This document shows, one piece after another, positions 37,771 to 47,325 of a stretch of DNA of 64,000 bases. The DNA lies in the NCBI GenBank assembly GCA_965205015.1, contig OZ242029.1, positions 1,376,001 through 1,440,000 on the forward strand. Direction: 5' to 3'. Position 1 is the stretch's first letter. Each line of letters opens with the position of its first letter. The notes under the pieces are model-generated. The model was given only the letters and a program-made list of their open reading frames with translations, was not told where the DNA came from and did no database searches. Made by a program: the position numbers and the translations under genes. The DNA comes from Candidatus Poribacteria bacterium. GTDB taxonomy: Bacteria; Poribacteria; WGA-4E; WGA-3G.

Positions 37771-38652
37771 ATGATATACCGCCAACTCCTCGCATGTCTC
37801 TTACTTTTATTAATTCCGCTGAGTGCGAAAGCGTTTCCACCCGCTTCACCCGCAGGGGGAAACTATTTAGTCCTTGATGGGGATGACGACCACGCCGTTT
37901 TAGATTTTGAAACTTTCGGTAGACCTTTACCCAACGGCACGAAAGAGTTCACCGTCGAAGCATGGATATATCCCACCACACCGCCCGACAACGGGAAAAC
38001 GTTATTGACGATACTCCATCAACAGGTGCATATGCTCATCGTGAACGATGAGCTTCAACCGTGGCTAAATGAGGTGGCGAATCTGTTAAATATTGAGCCC
38101 CCGAAGGGGGACCTCATCTTGATAATGAATGCCTATATTGATGGAAAGTTCGGTCTGAGATTAGCTTTCCCGATCCCGCTTAAGCAGAACCAATGGCACC
38201 ATATCGCTTATCAGTCAAATGGGGATCAGACAACAATGATCGTCAATGATTTCGTAGCGATACGGCGACTCGCGGATCCTCTCGGACATGATAACGATCC
38301 TCGTGCTTTGCGTCCACTGGACTTCGTGCTTGGAGGGTTTGGAAAAATAATTGAGGTGCCTGGCGGTTCCAATTATGCTTCCTTTACTGGATATATTGAT
38401 GAGGTTCGCATCTCAACGGAGGCTCGTTACGATGTCGAGAAAAAGGATTTTATGCCAGACGGCAAATTCAAAAATGACGCAAAGACAGTTGCGTTGTGGC
38501 ATTTTGATGAGCCGAGCGGAACACAGGAATTCTCAGACGCATCGGGCAATGCATATCATCTGGAGGGTAAAAATGGCGCGAGGACCAGCATCCCACTTGC
38601 AGTCGAAGCAGGAGGAAAACTCACAACGACATGGGGACGGCTGAAGCAATGA
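37771..38652 (+). CDS. Secreted LamG-like domain protein
   Basis: FTVEAWIYP, QWHHIA, FTGYIDEVRIS, LWHFDE; C-terminal AVEAGGKLTTTWGRLK. Confidence 0.85.
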   Translation: MIYRQLLACLLLLLIPLSAKAFPPASPAGGNYLVLDGDDDHAVLDFETFGRPLPNGTKEFTVEAWIYPTTPPDNGKTLLTILHQQVHMLIVNDELQPWLNEVANLLNIEPPKGDLILIMNAYIDGKFGLRLAFPIPLKQNQWHHIAYQSNGDQTTMIVNDFVAIRRLADPLGHDNDPRALRPLDFVLGGFGKIIEVPGGSNYASFTGYIDEVRISTEARYDVEKKDFMPDGKFKNDAKTVALWHFDEPSGTQEFSDASGNAYHLEGKNGARTSIPLAVEAGGKLTTTWGRLKQ

Positions 38653-39746
38653 AATCTCTAAAAAAACTTATCGTTACTGGCATTATTGTTCTCCTTTTCT
38701 TACTTATGCAAATAGAAACCTTTGCGGATCAGGGCTGGGACCTGAGAACCCAACTCTCCACGAAGAGAATAGTTTTCGCGACTGCTGTCGTGGGTAATAA
38801 GATTTATCTCATCGGTGGCACCCTCTTTGAAAACGTGAGGCGCGGTAAAGCCGTCCGGGGTCCCTATGGAATTTCAACTGTTGAGGTGTATGACACACAG
38901 AGCAACACGTGGCAGAGAGTTGCAGATATGCCAACGCCACGCCATGGTGCGAAAGCGGCGGTTGTTAACGGCATCATCTTTGTCTTCGGCGGGTCGAATG
39001 GGGAGGAAGCTCATGCACTTCGGAAATATCCAGTGAACGTAGAGGCATATAATCCTCGAACCGATACATGGATGCAGAAAAAGGACATGCCTGTTTCTCG
39101 TGTCGAGTTTGATATTGGTGTGGTGGATGGAAAAATCTATATCATTGGAGGTGCGACGCGCCTCGGTGGCGAACGAATGGGCCGTGTTGATGTTTATAAC
39201 CCTGCCACCGATACGTGGGTGAAGGGTCGAGAAATGCCGACCCCACGCGAGAATTTAGGTGTGGGAGTTGTCAACAACCGTATTTATGCCATCGGTGGAC
39301 GTGGATGGCCAAAAGTTCGCCTCGGTCCCCATCTTACGGTCATTGAGGAATATGATTCAAGAAGCCGCCACTGGCGGAAGAGGGGTGATATGTTAGACCC
39401 CAGAGATTGGTTCGCGACGGTTGTTGTTAGGAATTCCATCTATCTGATCGGGGGAGTCCTTTGGAAGGGAGCGGGATACGAGTATTTAGCGAGTGTGAAT
39501 GTGTATGATCCACGGAAAGATATATGGAGCGATCTTCCAGCACTGCCAATCCCCCTCCTGCCTCAGGGGGCAGAGGCGGTCGACGGAAGGATTTATGTTT
39601 TCGGGGGCTCGGGAGATGTTGGAAAAGGTGTGGAATTACTTCCAGACGTTGTGGTATATGATACCGGATTCCGTGCTGTTGAAGCAAACGGCAAACTGTC
39701 CACAAGTTGGGGTGAACTGAAAGCAGAACACCAAAACCAACCTTAA
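38649..39746 (+). CDS. Secreted Kelch-repeat protein
   Basis: About six IY.IGG...VE.Y.P..DTW...MP.PR repeats; signal peptide from MKSLKK; C-terminal AVEANGKLSTSWGELK. Confidence 0.9.
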   Translation: MKSLKKLIVTGIIVLLFLLMQIETFADQGWDLRTQLSTKRIVFATAVVGNKIYLIGGTLFENVRRGKAVRGPYGISTVEVYDTQSNTWQRVADMPTPRHGAKAAVVNGIIFVFGGSNGEEAHALRKYPVNVEAYNPRTDTWMQKKDMPVSRVEFDIGVVDGKIYIIGGATRLGGERMGRVDVYNPATDTWVKGREMPTPRENLGVGVVNNRIYAIGGRGWPKVRLGPHLTVIEEYDSRSRHWRKRGDMLDPRDWFATVVVRNSIYLIGGVLWKGAGYEYLASVNVYDPRKDIWSDLPALPIPLLPQGAEAVDGRIYVFGGSGDVGKGVELLPDVVVYDTGFRAVEANGKLSTSWGELKAEHQNQP

Positions 39747-39826
39747 GGGGACAAACCTGACGCGCCATCCTACAAAAGATAAGATAACACACAGACTTGC
39801 CCATCCCTATAATACCGGGACTATCG

Positions 39827-40597
39827 TTAAACGTTTGAATGCGACTGACAGCCATCAACGTTCACACAGGCACCCGTCACAAGACTCGCGCGTTCCGATG
39901 CGAGAAAAACGACGACATTTGCGATTTCTTCGGGCTTCCCGAACCTCCCCAGCGGCATATCGCTTTTTACAAAGGCTGCCATCGCTTCGGGATCCGCTGC
40001 GATGCGACGCGCCCAGCCACCCCCCGGAAACAGGATCGAACCCGGGGCAACACTATTCACGCGGATATTGTCCGGTGCGAGCTCCCTTGCCAACGACTTT
40101 GTCATGCTGATCTCGGCGGCTTTTGAAGCGTTGTAAGTGATGTGCCCGCCGCCCTCTCTCCCATAGATCGAGGTGATCATCAGAATCACACCACTCCCTT
40201 GCTTTTTCATTTCAGGGATCGCGCGTTGATTCACCCGCGCCGCAGATACAAGATTCAGGTCGAGGATTTCGTGCCATTCGGTGTCCGAAATCTCTTCGAG
40301 AGGGGTCCACCGACTGCCACCGACGTTGTTCACAACGACATCAATTCCACCATACGTTTCCACGGTTTCTGCGATGAACGCATCGACCTGTTCGCCATCC
40401 GTAACATCTGTAAGTTTGGCGAAAACCTCCGCGCCTTTTGCCGACAATTCACCCTGCACGTTTTGGAGCGTCTCTTGGGTTCTGCCACAGATGCTCAACC
40501 GTACACCTTCTTCAGCAAAACCGTGCGCGATAGCACGTCCGATACCGCGACTCGCCCCCGTTACAACGACCACTTTGTTCTTGAGTCCTAAGTCCAT
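39827..40597 (-). CDS. SDR family oxidoreductase, copy 1
   Basis: TGASRGIG, NNVG, YNASK, NSVAPG; start MDLGLK with SD GGGAG. Confidence 0.93.
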   Translation of the reverse strand: MDLGLKNKVVVVTGASRGIGRAIAHGFAEEGVRLSICGRTQETLQNVQGELSAKGAEVFAKLTDVTDGEQVDAFIAETVETYGGIDVVVNNVGGSRWTPLEEISDTEWHEILDLNLVSAARVNQRAIPEMKKQGSGVILMITSIYGREGGGHITYNASKAAEISMTKSLARELAPDNIRVNSVAPGSILFPGGGWARRIAADPEAMAAFVKSDMPLGRFGKPEEIANVVVFLASERASLVTGACVNVDGCQSHSNV

Positions 40598-40652
40598 TAG
40601 ATCTCCCATTCCCTTTTGGAGTATGGGCTTAAAAACAAGCCCTAACATTTCT
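39834..40652. repeat. 819-bp direct repeat, left copy
   Basis: Matches 54357-55175 (offset 14523) at both ends and wherever compared; encoded proteins identical except the last residue. Confidence 0.93.
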
Positions 40653-41130
40653 GTCACTTACCCCCATTTTTTTTCAAGGATAGATTGTAGTTGATGCCAT
40701 CAGGTTTGTATGCGAGAAAGTCAGTCAGTTTCCAAGGGTTTCCCAAGGCGGATCGCCCCTGGAATGTATCTGCGTGAAAAAGGAGATGAGAAAATGTTGG
40801 TTCCATAAGTCAGTGAGCACGCGTTTGATAATAGTAATAACAGAAAAACTTTTTCTGTTATTACTATTATATGCCTTCTGCCAGTGTGTAGAGGCGACCT
40901 TCTCATAACTGATAAACAGCAATCCATAAGCCAAGCAGGCACACAGCCAGAGAACATCCAGACGCGTTTGTGTCGGTTTTTTCAAGACGAGTTTGCCAAA
41001 TCCGAAGCACGACTTTATATCTCGGAACCCGTGTTCAATCTGCATGCGTCTTTTGTAGCAGTGATGTATCTGATGTCCACTGAGACGATTTGAGATAAGA
41101 TACATCGGGTCTTTGAAGGTCGCGTCTCTG
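40651..41130 (-). mobile_element. Truncated IS4-family element (transposase C-terminus plus right end)
   Basis: KDPMYLISN...CYKRRMQIEHGFRDIKS (YREK motif); end sequence CTGTCACTTACCCC resembles IS10-type CTG...CCCC termini; 5' part missing. Confidence 0.85.
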
Positions 41131-41271
41131 AGGATATAAGGAATGGAAGGATGGAAGATAGGAAGGATTAGGGCGCGATCCGAAGATCGCCTCTACAAGA
41201 GTATACAGTGAAGCAGAGATAGCTCCTAAGAAAGAATTGAAAAACTCCGATTTTTCTTGATGCGTGGGAAC

Positions 41272-41862
41272 TTACGCGAGCCAAGGGATGTCCTCGTTTT
41301 TCAGGTAAGGGTTGAGATGTTCTTGGAGTTGGAGTCGGGCGTTTCGGAGATGTGTTTTGACTGTGCCTTCAGAACGTTTCAATCGTTTTGCGATGGTTTT
41401 GATAGAGAGATCTTGGACATAGTATAAGAGAAACACCTCTTTGCGAGACTGGGTGAGGTATTCAAGGGCTTTGTGGAGTAGCTGTCGCAGCTCCTGCGTC
41501 TGGAGACGTTCAGACGGGTCGGGGTGCGTGTTGGTGATGCGGTGTTCGTCTACAGTGTGTAGGGGCTCAATGCTGTTTGCGACCTTTTGTTTTCGGAAGA
41601 AGTCAATACAGACGTTTTCAGCGATGCGATATATCCATGAAGAGAAAGCGGCATCGCCCCGGAAAGTGTTGATGCCTCGAAACGCCTTGAGCCATGTTTC
41701 TTGAGTCAAGTCTTTGGCGACTTCCAAATCTTTGACGCGTCTGTGGATGTGCGTATAGATTTTGGGATGGTATTTTCGCACCAGTGGGTTAAACGCTTTG
41801 GTGTCGCCCCGTCGTATGAGAGCGACCAATTTATGATCATTTGTATGTATTGTGTTGCTCAA
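41272..41862 (-). CDS. ECF sigma factor
   Basis: AKDLTQETWLKAF, FSSWIYRIAEN, region 4 SIKTIA..L..SEGTVKTHL. Confidence 0.92.
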   Translation of the reverse strand: MSNTIHTNDHKLVALIRRGDTKAFNPLVRKYHPKIYTHIHRRVKDLEVAKDLTQETWLKAFRGINTFRGDAAFSSWIYRIAENVCIDFFRKQKVANSIEPLHTVDEHRITNTHPDPSERLQTQELRQLLHKALEYLTQSRKEVFLLYYVQDLSIKTIAKRLKRSEGTVKTHLRNARLQLQEHLNPYLKNEDIPWLA

Positions 41863-41998
41863 AGGATTCTCCTGATTTGCGAGCGTATTTATTCAATTGA
41901 TAACTTCCTTCTAAACACGCCGCGGAGTTTCACTAAATTCTGTGCGTCAATTCGGTGTTGGTCCCCCAAGGTTTCCTGCTCTTCAGATTCCCGCTATT

Positions 41999-43159
41999 CT
42001 ACGGACCTTTAGAGTTTTCATGACTTGGGATTCCAAGCATACTTAAAAAGAAAGCAGAGAAAACTGTCTGGGTCCCCAATACCATTAATAGTAGTGCGAA
42101 AAGTGCCGGTCTCGTCCTTTGCAGCTCACCAAAGCCACTTTTCACCCAACCATACGCAATCCAGCCATCAATTAGGAACCCCACAGCAAATACTATACAT
42201 CCGATAAGCAATCCTTTTTCAAGGGTAAAACTACGATATACAAATCGGGTGATCGGATCGTTGTCGGAGAAACCACGAGTGATGCCTAAAGTCCGAGCAG
42301 AGAGTCCTAATAAGAGTATTTGATAACCGAGCAAACACAGAAGACACGCCAAAACCATCACGTGGATATCGTAGGCGCGATTATCTATTTGCAGGGGACC
42401 AAGGAGTAGAACAACCGTCCCAGCGAACCCGAAAAGAAAAAGTATGATACCCGGGATAAGAAACAGATAAGCTGGCGACAGCATCAGCATAAAGCGCAAA
42501 TGCCGCCAACCGTCCCGAAAGGAATTAAGTTTGGATTCTCCTTTGCGAGGATAGTAGGTTATCGGCACCTCTGTAATTTTAAGGTCAGCTTTTGTGGCAT
42601 TGATAACCATTTCTGAGGCAAATTCCATCCCTGTGGTCTGGAGTTCCATTTGCTGATAAGCTTCGCGCGTGAAGGACCGCATCCCACAGTGTGCATCAGA
42701 GACCCCTGATCGAAACAGAAGGTTCAGGACTCCAGTCAGAGCGGGATTGCCGAGATATCGATGAAGCCTCGGCATTGCCCCAGGAAGGATTTCACCTTTT
42801 AGTCTATTTCCTATGACAAAATCACAGCCATCGCGTAAGGGTATAATGAACCTTTCCAAATCTGTGAAATCGTAGGTATCATCAGAATCGCCTATAACAA
42901 TGTATTGCCCTTCTGCGGCGGCAATTCCAGCAAGATAGGCAGCACCGTAACCACGCAAAGGTTGATGGACCACGCGTGCGCCGAGACGTTCGGCAATTGT
43001 GACTGAGTCATCAGTAGAACCGTTATCTGCGACAACGACCTCCCCCTGAATGCCAAGTGCTGCCAAAGTCTCTTGTGCTTTCTGAATGCAGGTACCAAGT
43101 GTATCTTCTTCATTGAGACAGGGCATAACAATAGAAACGAGAAGGTTTTTATTTTCCAT
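41999..43159 (-). CDS. GT2 polyprenol-phosphate glycosyltransferase (DPM1-like) with C-terminal TMs
   Basis: VSIVMPCLNEE, DNGSTD, GYG.A, DSDDTY, SDAHCGMR, SKL..FRDG; 4 TM. Confidence 0.92.
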   Translation of the reverse strand: MENKNLLVSIVMPCLNEEDTLGTCIQKAQETLAALGIQGEVVVADNGSTDDSVTIAERLGARVVHQPLRGYGAAYLAGIAAAEGQYIVIGDSDDTYDFTDLERFIIPLRDGCDFVIGNRLKGEILPGAMPRLHRYLGNPALTGVLNLLFRSGVSDAHCGMRSFTREAYQQMELQTTGMEFASEMVINATKADLKITEVPITYYPRKGESKLNSFRDGWRHLRFMLMLSPAYLFLIPGIILFLFGFAGTVVLLLGPLQIDNRAYDIHVMVLACLLCLLGYQILLLGLSARTLGITRGFSDNDPITRFVYRSFTLEKGLLIGCIVFAVGFLIDGWIAYGWVKSGFGELQRTRPALFALLLMVLGTQTVFSAFFLSMLGIPSHENSKGP

Positions 43160-43173
43160 TATTAGACAACTCT

Positions 43174-45825
43174 TTATATTGGCTTATATTGGATCTCCCA
43201 AATTTTTATTGGGACAGGTCCATAGATTTTTGGAGATTCATAGATTAACTTAAAATGATCACTGTGTTCTCCGAAAAATAACTTGAATGTCAAATATTCT
43301 CTTGCTTCGGGAGAAATATAGAGTGCCATTGGATCCGCAGATTCAAAAGGCACATCTCGAACGATTTCACTATGTTTCCAAACACATCCGTCAATTTCTG
43401 CCTCCGGGAAGTACCATTGTCTATCTGCTATAATTAGTCCTTTAACTGAAACCAACTTTTCGGAATTGCCATCACGAATTACGATGGAGGCGGGACTACT
43501 AACCGTAAAACTTCCACTTTCCCATTTAAAAGGAATGATTATCCGCTTCATCTTCTCCTGAAGATTTTCAGTGTTTATTTTAATTGACATAGGGTGATCG
43601 ACTAAGTATTCAAGTTTTTGATCCGATTTATCAGAAAGTTTAAGGGGCGTGATTTGATGAAATTGCTCAATATTTTCGCGGCGTTCCGTGGCTGCCAAAA
43701 CATGAAGGTTCAGTTGTGAAAGATCCATGGGATGTAAGAAAATATGAGTCGCTTTATGTTCCTTTAAAAACCGCAAAGCCCCATCCTCGCTTTTTCCACA
43801 AAACACCGCTTTGGACATCTCCCTAATTTTCTCTAAGTTCTGTTCTTCATCAACAATTGTTGTTCTTCTTCCTAATTCATTAATAAGACTTCCGAAGTTC
43901 CAATTCGCTGCGATTACGGCATGAGGAGGGATATTCGTTTTGAATCCATTGAGGGCATCACGCGTTCCACTATCTGGAATCGGTTGCGATCGTATCGCTG
44001 TTATAAAACTGGTTTGGGTGGGACCTAAGCGGTAAATTCCTGCGATGGCCAGCCATGTAAATAAACACACGCAAACAAAAACAGATGTCTTTTTGACACC
44101 ATCCTGTGCCTGTTTTCTATAGAAAAGGTCCTGAAGAATAAAGCCGAAGAATATTGCTGTCACGAACAGGGTAATTAGGAGTTGAGCGCGCTCAGGTAAA
44201 CTTACCGATAGATAAGAAAAAGAGAGCAGCGATAGCAGAAATGTAAGGATATCTTTACCGCAAATCAGTACTTGCCAGGCCAACAACACGCCTAAAAAAA
44301 CGAGTGGAAGCCAGTTATTTTTTGCTGAGGGCATATACTTTTTGAAAAGCCTATTCAACATATAGCCTGAAAGTATGGCAATCAAAGGTGCAAGAAAAAG
44401 ATGAAAACGCTGGGCGGAACACGCCAGCATATAACCCGGAATGAACCAAGCAGATATCAGGAGGGAATGATTTTCAGTTATGGTATCTGTAGCCGCTTGA
44501 TGTGTTGGCAAGCAACATTGGTAGAATGTATTGACAACAATCACGATCGCTGCAATGGCGAAAATAAGACTATCTGTGAGTGGGAAGGGTAACGTGAACA
44601 AAGGCACAAATCTGCTAACAGCAATACCTAAGACAGCTATCAATACCAATGTGCAATGAAGTAAAAAAGACTTTCGTTTTCTGGGTGGATGTATATAGGT
44701 GAAAAAACACAATCCCGGAATAGCGAAGAGCAGGAGTAGCCCATAATCCTCCCGCCACATGTCGAATGGTGTCGGATGAAGTTCAGATACAAATTCCATG
44801 ACCCCATTCTTACCGAAAGGGTAAAAGATCGCATCGATGAAGGTTGAAATCCAATTGAAACTTCGATGTGTAAGCGTTAAAAGGATACATCCGAGGAAAA
44901 GAAACAGAATATTTATCGCGAACCTTAAGGGAATTTTGCTAAGCAAGCCGGAACCAAATCGGTGGGAGGTTCGCGATTGTATCATGATGGAAATCGCAGC
45001 GATTACCCCGAACGCGATTGGAACCCCAATGGCGAGGAGAACATGGGGCGCGAAGAGCTGGGTCCTATATATCTTTGTGAGCCCGAGTAACCCTGCTAAA
45101 ATTGGACAGAGCCAGATGGTGTACTGTGCGAAGTCATATTTATCGTAACCTTCTCTGCAGAGACAGAGAAAATTAAAAAAGACAATAACTGTTATAGCGA
45201 AGCCAACACCTTTCCATATTAATCCGAGAATACTTATCGTGATTCCCGAGAGGAGTGTATAGACATAACGTTTCCACAACGGCTGCGTTCGGAAACTCGC
45301 TTCAGCATAGAGTGCAAGGGCTGCTAAAAATAAGAAAATGATTATGGCATCAGTGTCTACATACCCTGTAAAAGATATAAGTATCAGCTGAGGGATGGAA
45401 ACAAAGATAAGGGTAGCAAATAAAGCTGCGATTTTTCCGAAAAGTCTCTTTGTAAACGCATATAGGATCAAGGCCGCAAGGGAGATAAAGAAAATGGAAG
45501 AAAAGATAGCGAATGGATATAATGTCAAACTGGGGAAAAATTTATGCCCTGCTGCGAAACCGTTCGCTAATACATAAGGAAACAGGGGGGTCGTTTTGGC
45601 ATTCTCAATGCCAGCCGGCGAATTTCGCATCGTATCAATACGTGGTAACTCCCCGGATTCGACAATCTGGCGTGTCTGCCGGAAGTACCTGTATGAATCT
45701 GGACCGAACAAATATGGGGCTTCGAGTGCGTCCCGGTTTTGAACACGAATGAAAACACCAAAGGCGATTATCAACAAAAAAATGACTGTAGAAAAGAGAC
45801 GTTCAGTTTTACTTGACGATTGCAT
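43174..45825 (-). CDS. STT3/AglB/PglB-like oligosaccharyltransferase (GT-C), variant motif
   Basis: GPDSYRYFR, GYVDTD, FVSELHP, many TMs, soluble C-terminal domain with IAANWNFG..I...RRTTIVD. ATG at 45825 preferred (ORF track start 45861). Confidence 0.8.
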   Translation of the reverse strand: MQSSSKTERLFSTVIFLLIIAFGVFIRVQNRDALEAPYLFGPDSYRYFRQTRQIVESGELPRIDTMRNSPAGIENAKTTPLFPYVLANGFAAGHKFFPSLTLYPFAIFSSIFFISLAALILYAFTKRLFGKIAALFATLIFVSIPQLILISFTGYVDTDAIIIFLFLAALALYAEASFRTQPLWKRYVYTLLSGITISILGLIWKGVGFAITVIVFFNFLCLCREGYDKYDFAQYTIWLCPILAGLLGLTKIYRTQLFAPHVLLAIGVPIAFGVIAAISIMIQSRTSHRFGSGLLSKIPLRFAINILFLFLGCILLTLTHRSFNWISTFIDAIFYPFGKNGVMEFVSELHPTPFDMWREDYGLLLLFAIPGLCFFTYIHPPRKRKSFLLHCTLVLIAVLGIAVSRFVPLFTLPFPLTDSLIFAIAAIVIVVNTFYQCCLPTHQAATDTITENHSLLISAWFIPGYMLACSAQRFHLFLAPLIAILSGYMLNRLFKKYMPSAKNNWLPLVFLGVLLAWQVLICGKDILTFLLSLLSFSYLSVSLPERAQLLITLFVTAIFFGFILQDLFYRKQAQDGVKKTSVFVCVCLFTWLAIAGIYRLGPTQTSFITAIRSQPIPDSGTRDALNGFKTNIPPHAVIAANWNFGSLINELGRRTTIVDEEQNLEKIREMSKAVFCGKSEDGALRFLKEHKATHIFLHPMDLSQLNLHVLAATERRENIEQFHQITPLKLSDKSDQKLEYLVDHPMSIKINTENLQEKMKRIIIPFKWESGSFTVSSPASIVIRDGNSEKLVSVKGLIIADRQWYFPEAEIDGCVWKHSEIVRDVPFESADPMALYISPEAREYLTFKLFFGEHSDHFKLIYESPKIYGPVPIKIWEIQYKPI

Positions 45826-47266
45826 AAAACGGGACTTCAAATAGGGATTGATTGATGTCATTGGTGTGGATTTTGATGAGTGCTTTCGACTTGCCAGTTT
45901 CGGATGTGGGAGCTGTGAAAGTCACCGATATTTCATACTCCCGCCCCGGTTTGATGACTTCAAAATCTGTCGTGATGGACGGGTGAGTGCTTTCGATTCG
46001 CAGGATTTTCAAATCTGGGGTGCCATTTTTTCGTAATCGCACGCTGCGACGAGCGACTTCACCTATTTTGACGAAACCCATGAAGAATTGCTCTGGAGCG
46101 AGGCGGATGGCACCGACAACCTTCCCCAGGACGAGAACTTCAACATGTGGGTATCGGTATCCTTCTGTCAGGAGTGTCAACTTTTCTTTCAACCCACCCA
46201 ACGGGAGTCCTGGCTTTATTGTGACAAAGATTTTTGCGACAAGTCCATCTTTGTAAATGTGCTGAATTTTTGTTTGGATGAATGGAGAACTCGACTGGAC
46301 GCGTTTCACTTTTAACCTGCCATCTCCTGGGTCGTAGATTTCAAGCGTTTTTTTGATGGACTTTTGATTGCTGATGTTTTTGAGATGCAGGTTATTTGGG
46401 ACAATCCGGGCCAACCCAGCGACGACACCGGTAAGCGTGAAATGAATCACAGGAGTTTGAGGATCGTTTATATGCACTTTGACGGTTGCGGTTTGTCTCC
46501 CACGACGGTATTGTGTATCAAATTTGGCTGCAATTTCAGCGGTTTGATTTGGTGCGATTGTTGTTTCAGACAGGAGGACTGCAGTGCAGGAGCAGGATGA
46601 CCCTACGTCAAGGATTTCAATAGGCTGCTTCCCTATGTTTTTGAGTTTAAATGTATGTGTGATTGTCTGCTGATGCTCTGCGAACCCGAAGTCATACAAG
46701 AGTTCTTCGGTCTGGACGTTAGGTTTTTCTGTCGTAGCGGTCTGTGAGGGTTTAGAAATGACGAGAACGGCACCCTTCCAGATTTTTGAAAACTCGTTCG
46801 GGCTGAGCAGGGGTGTGGTACCGTCAACTTCAATCAGTCGAAAATTATCCTTTATTACACCCTCGACAACCAGAAAATGGTTTCTTCCGTTTTTGGTTGT
46901 GTGTGCAATCGCAGGGGTGCCAAGTTTTTTAAGGTTTTGTAGGCTCATTTTCATGCCGACAGCTTTGAATCCAAGTTTGTGTGCGACATCCGCGAGTTCT
47001 TTCATGCTGGTGCCGGTGGTTCGGACTTCTCCCGAATCGTCTATAGCCCCTGCCAGTTGGACGATTGTCTCGGGATCCACTTTCTGTCCGAACATCTCAC
47101 AAATAATAGAGAGGCTCAAAGGACCGCACATCCGAGCATAGAATGTATCGTCGTATTCTTGTGCCGAAGTCATATCCGTCAGTGCAAGGGTCAACCCGAA
47201 AGAAATTATCCATGTCAAAAAAAGGTATCTCAACATATTCTTTTTGTTTCCTTTTGTTTGTTGCAT
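45809..47266 (-). CDS. Exported C39-like cysteine peptidase fused to DUF1573/Ig-like domains
   Basis: Signal peptide; MCGPLSL, GTSM.EL...A..LGF.A, NHFLVV, F.KIW.G; YDFG...F.LKNIG..P..I..V.SSCSCT; no ABC domains. Confidence 0.85.
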   Translation of the reverse strand: MQQTKGNKKNMLRYLFLTWIISFGLTLALTDMTSAQEYDDTFYARMCGPLSLSIICEMFGQKVDPETIVQLAGAIDDSGEVRTTGTSMKELADVAHKLGFKAVGMKMSLQNLKKLGTPAIAHTTKNGRNHFLVVEGVIKDNFRLIEVDGTTPLLSPNEFSKIWKGAVLVISKPSQTATTEKPNVQTEELLYDFGFAEHQQTITHTFKLKNIGKQPIEILDVGSSCSCTAVLLSETTIAPNQTAEIAAKFDTQYRRGRQTATVKVHINDPQTPVIHFTLTGVVAGLARIVPNNLHLKNISNQKSIKKTLEIYDPGDGRLKVKRVQSSSPFIQTKIQHIYKDGLVAKIFVTIKPGLPLGGLKEKLTLLTEGYRYPHVEVLVLGKVVGAIRLAPEQFFMGFVKIGEVARRSVRLRKNGTPDLKILRIESTHPSITTDFEVIKPGREYEISVTFTAPTSETGKSKALIKIHTNDINQSLFEVPFYAIVK

Positions 47267-47325
47267 GTAATGTATCTCTGTTCTTCTGTATATTCGTTGT
47301 GTTGGCAGAAACCGGGCGTTCTGTT

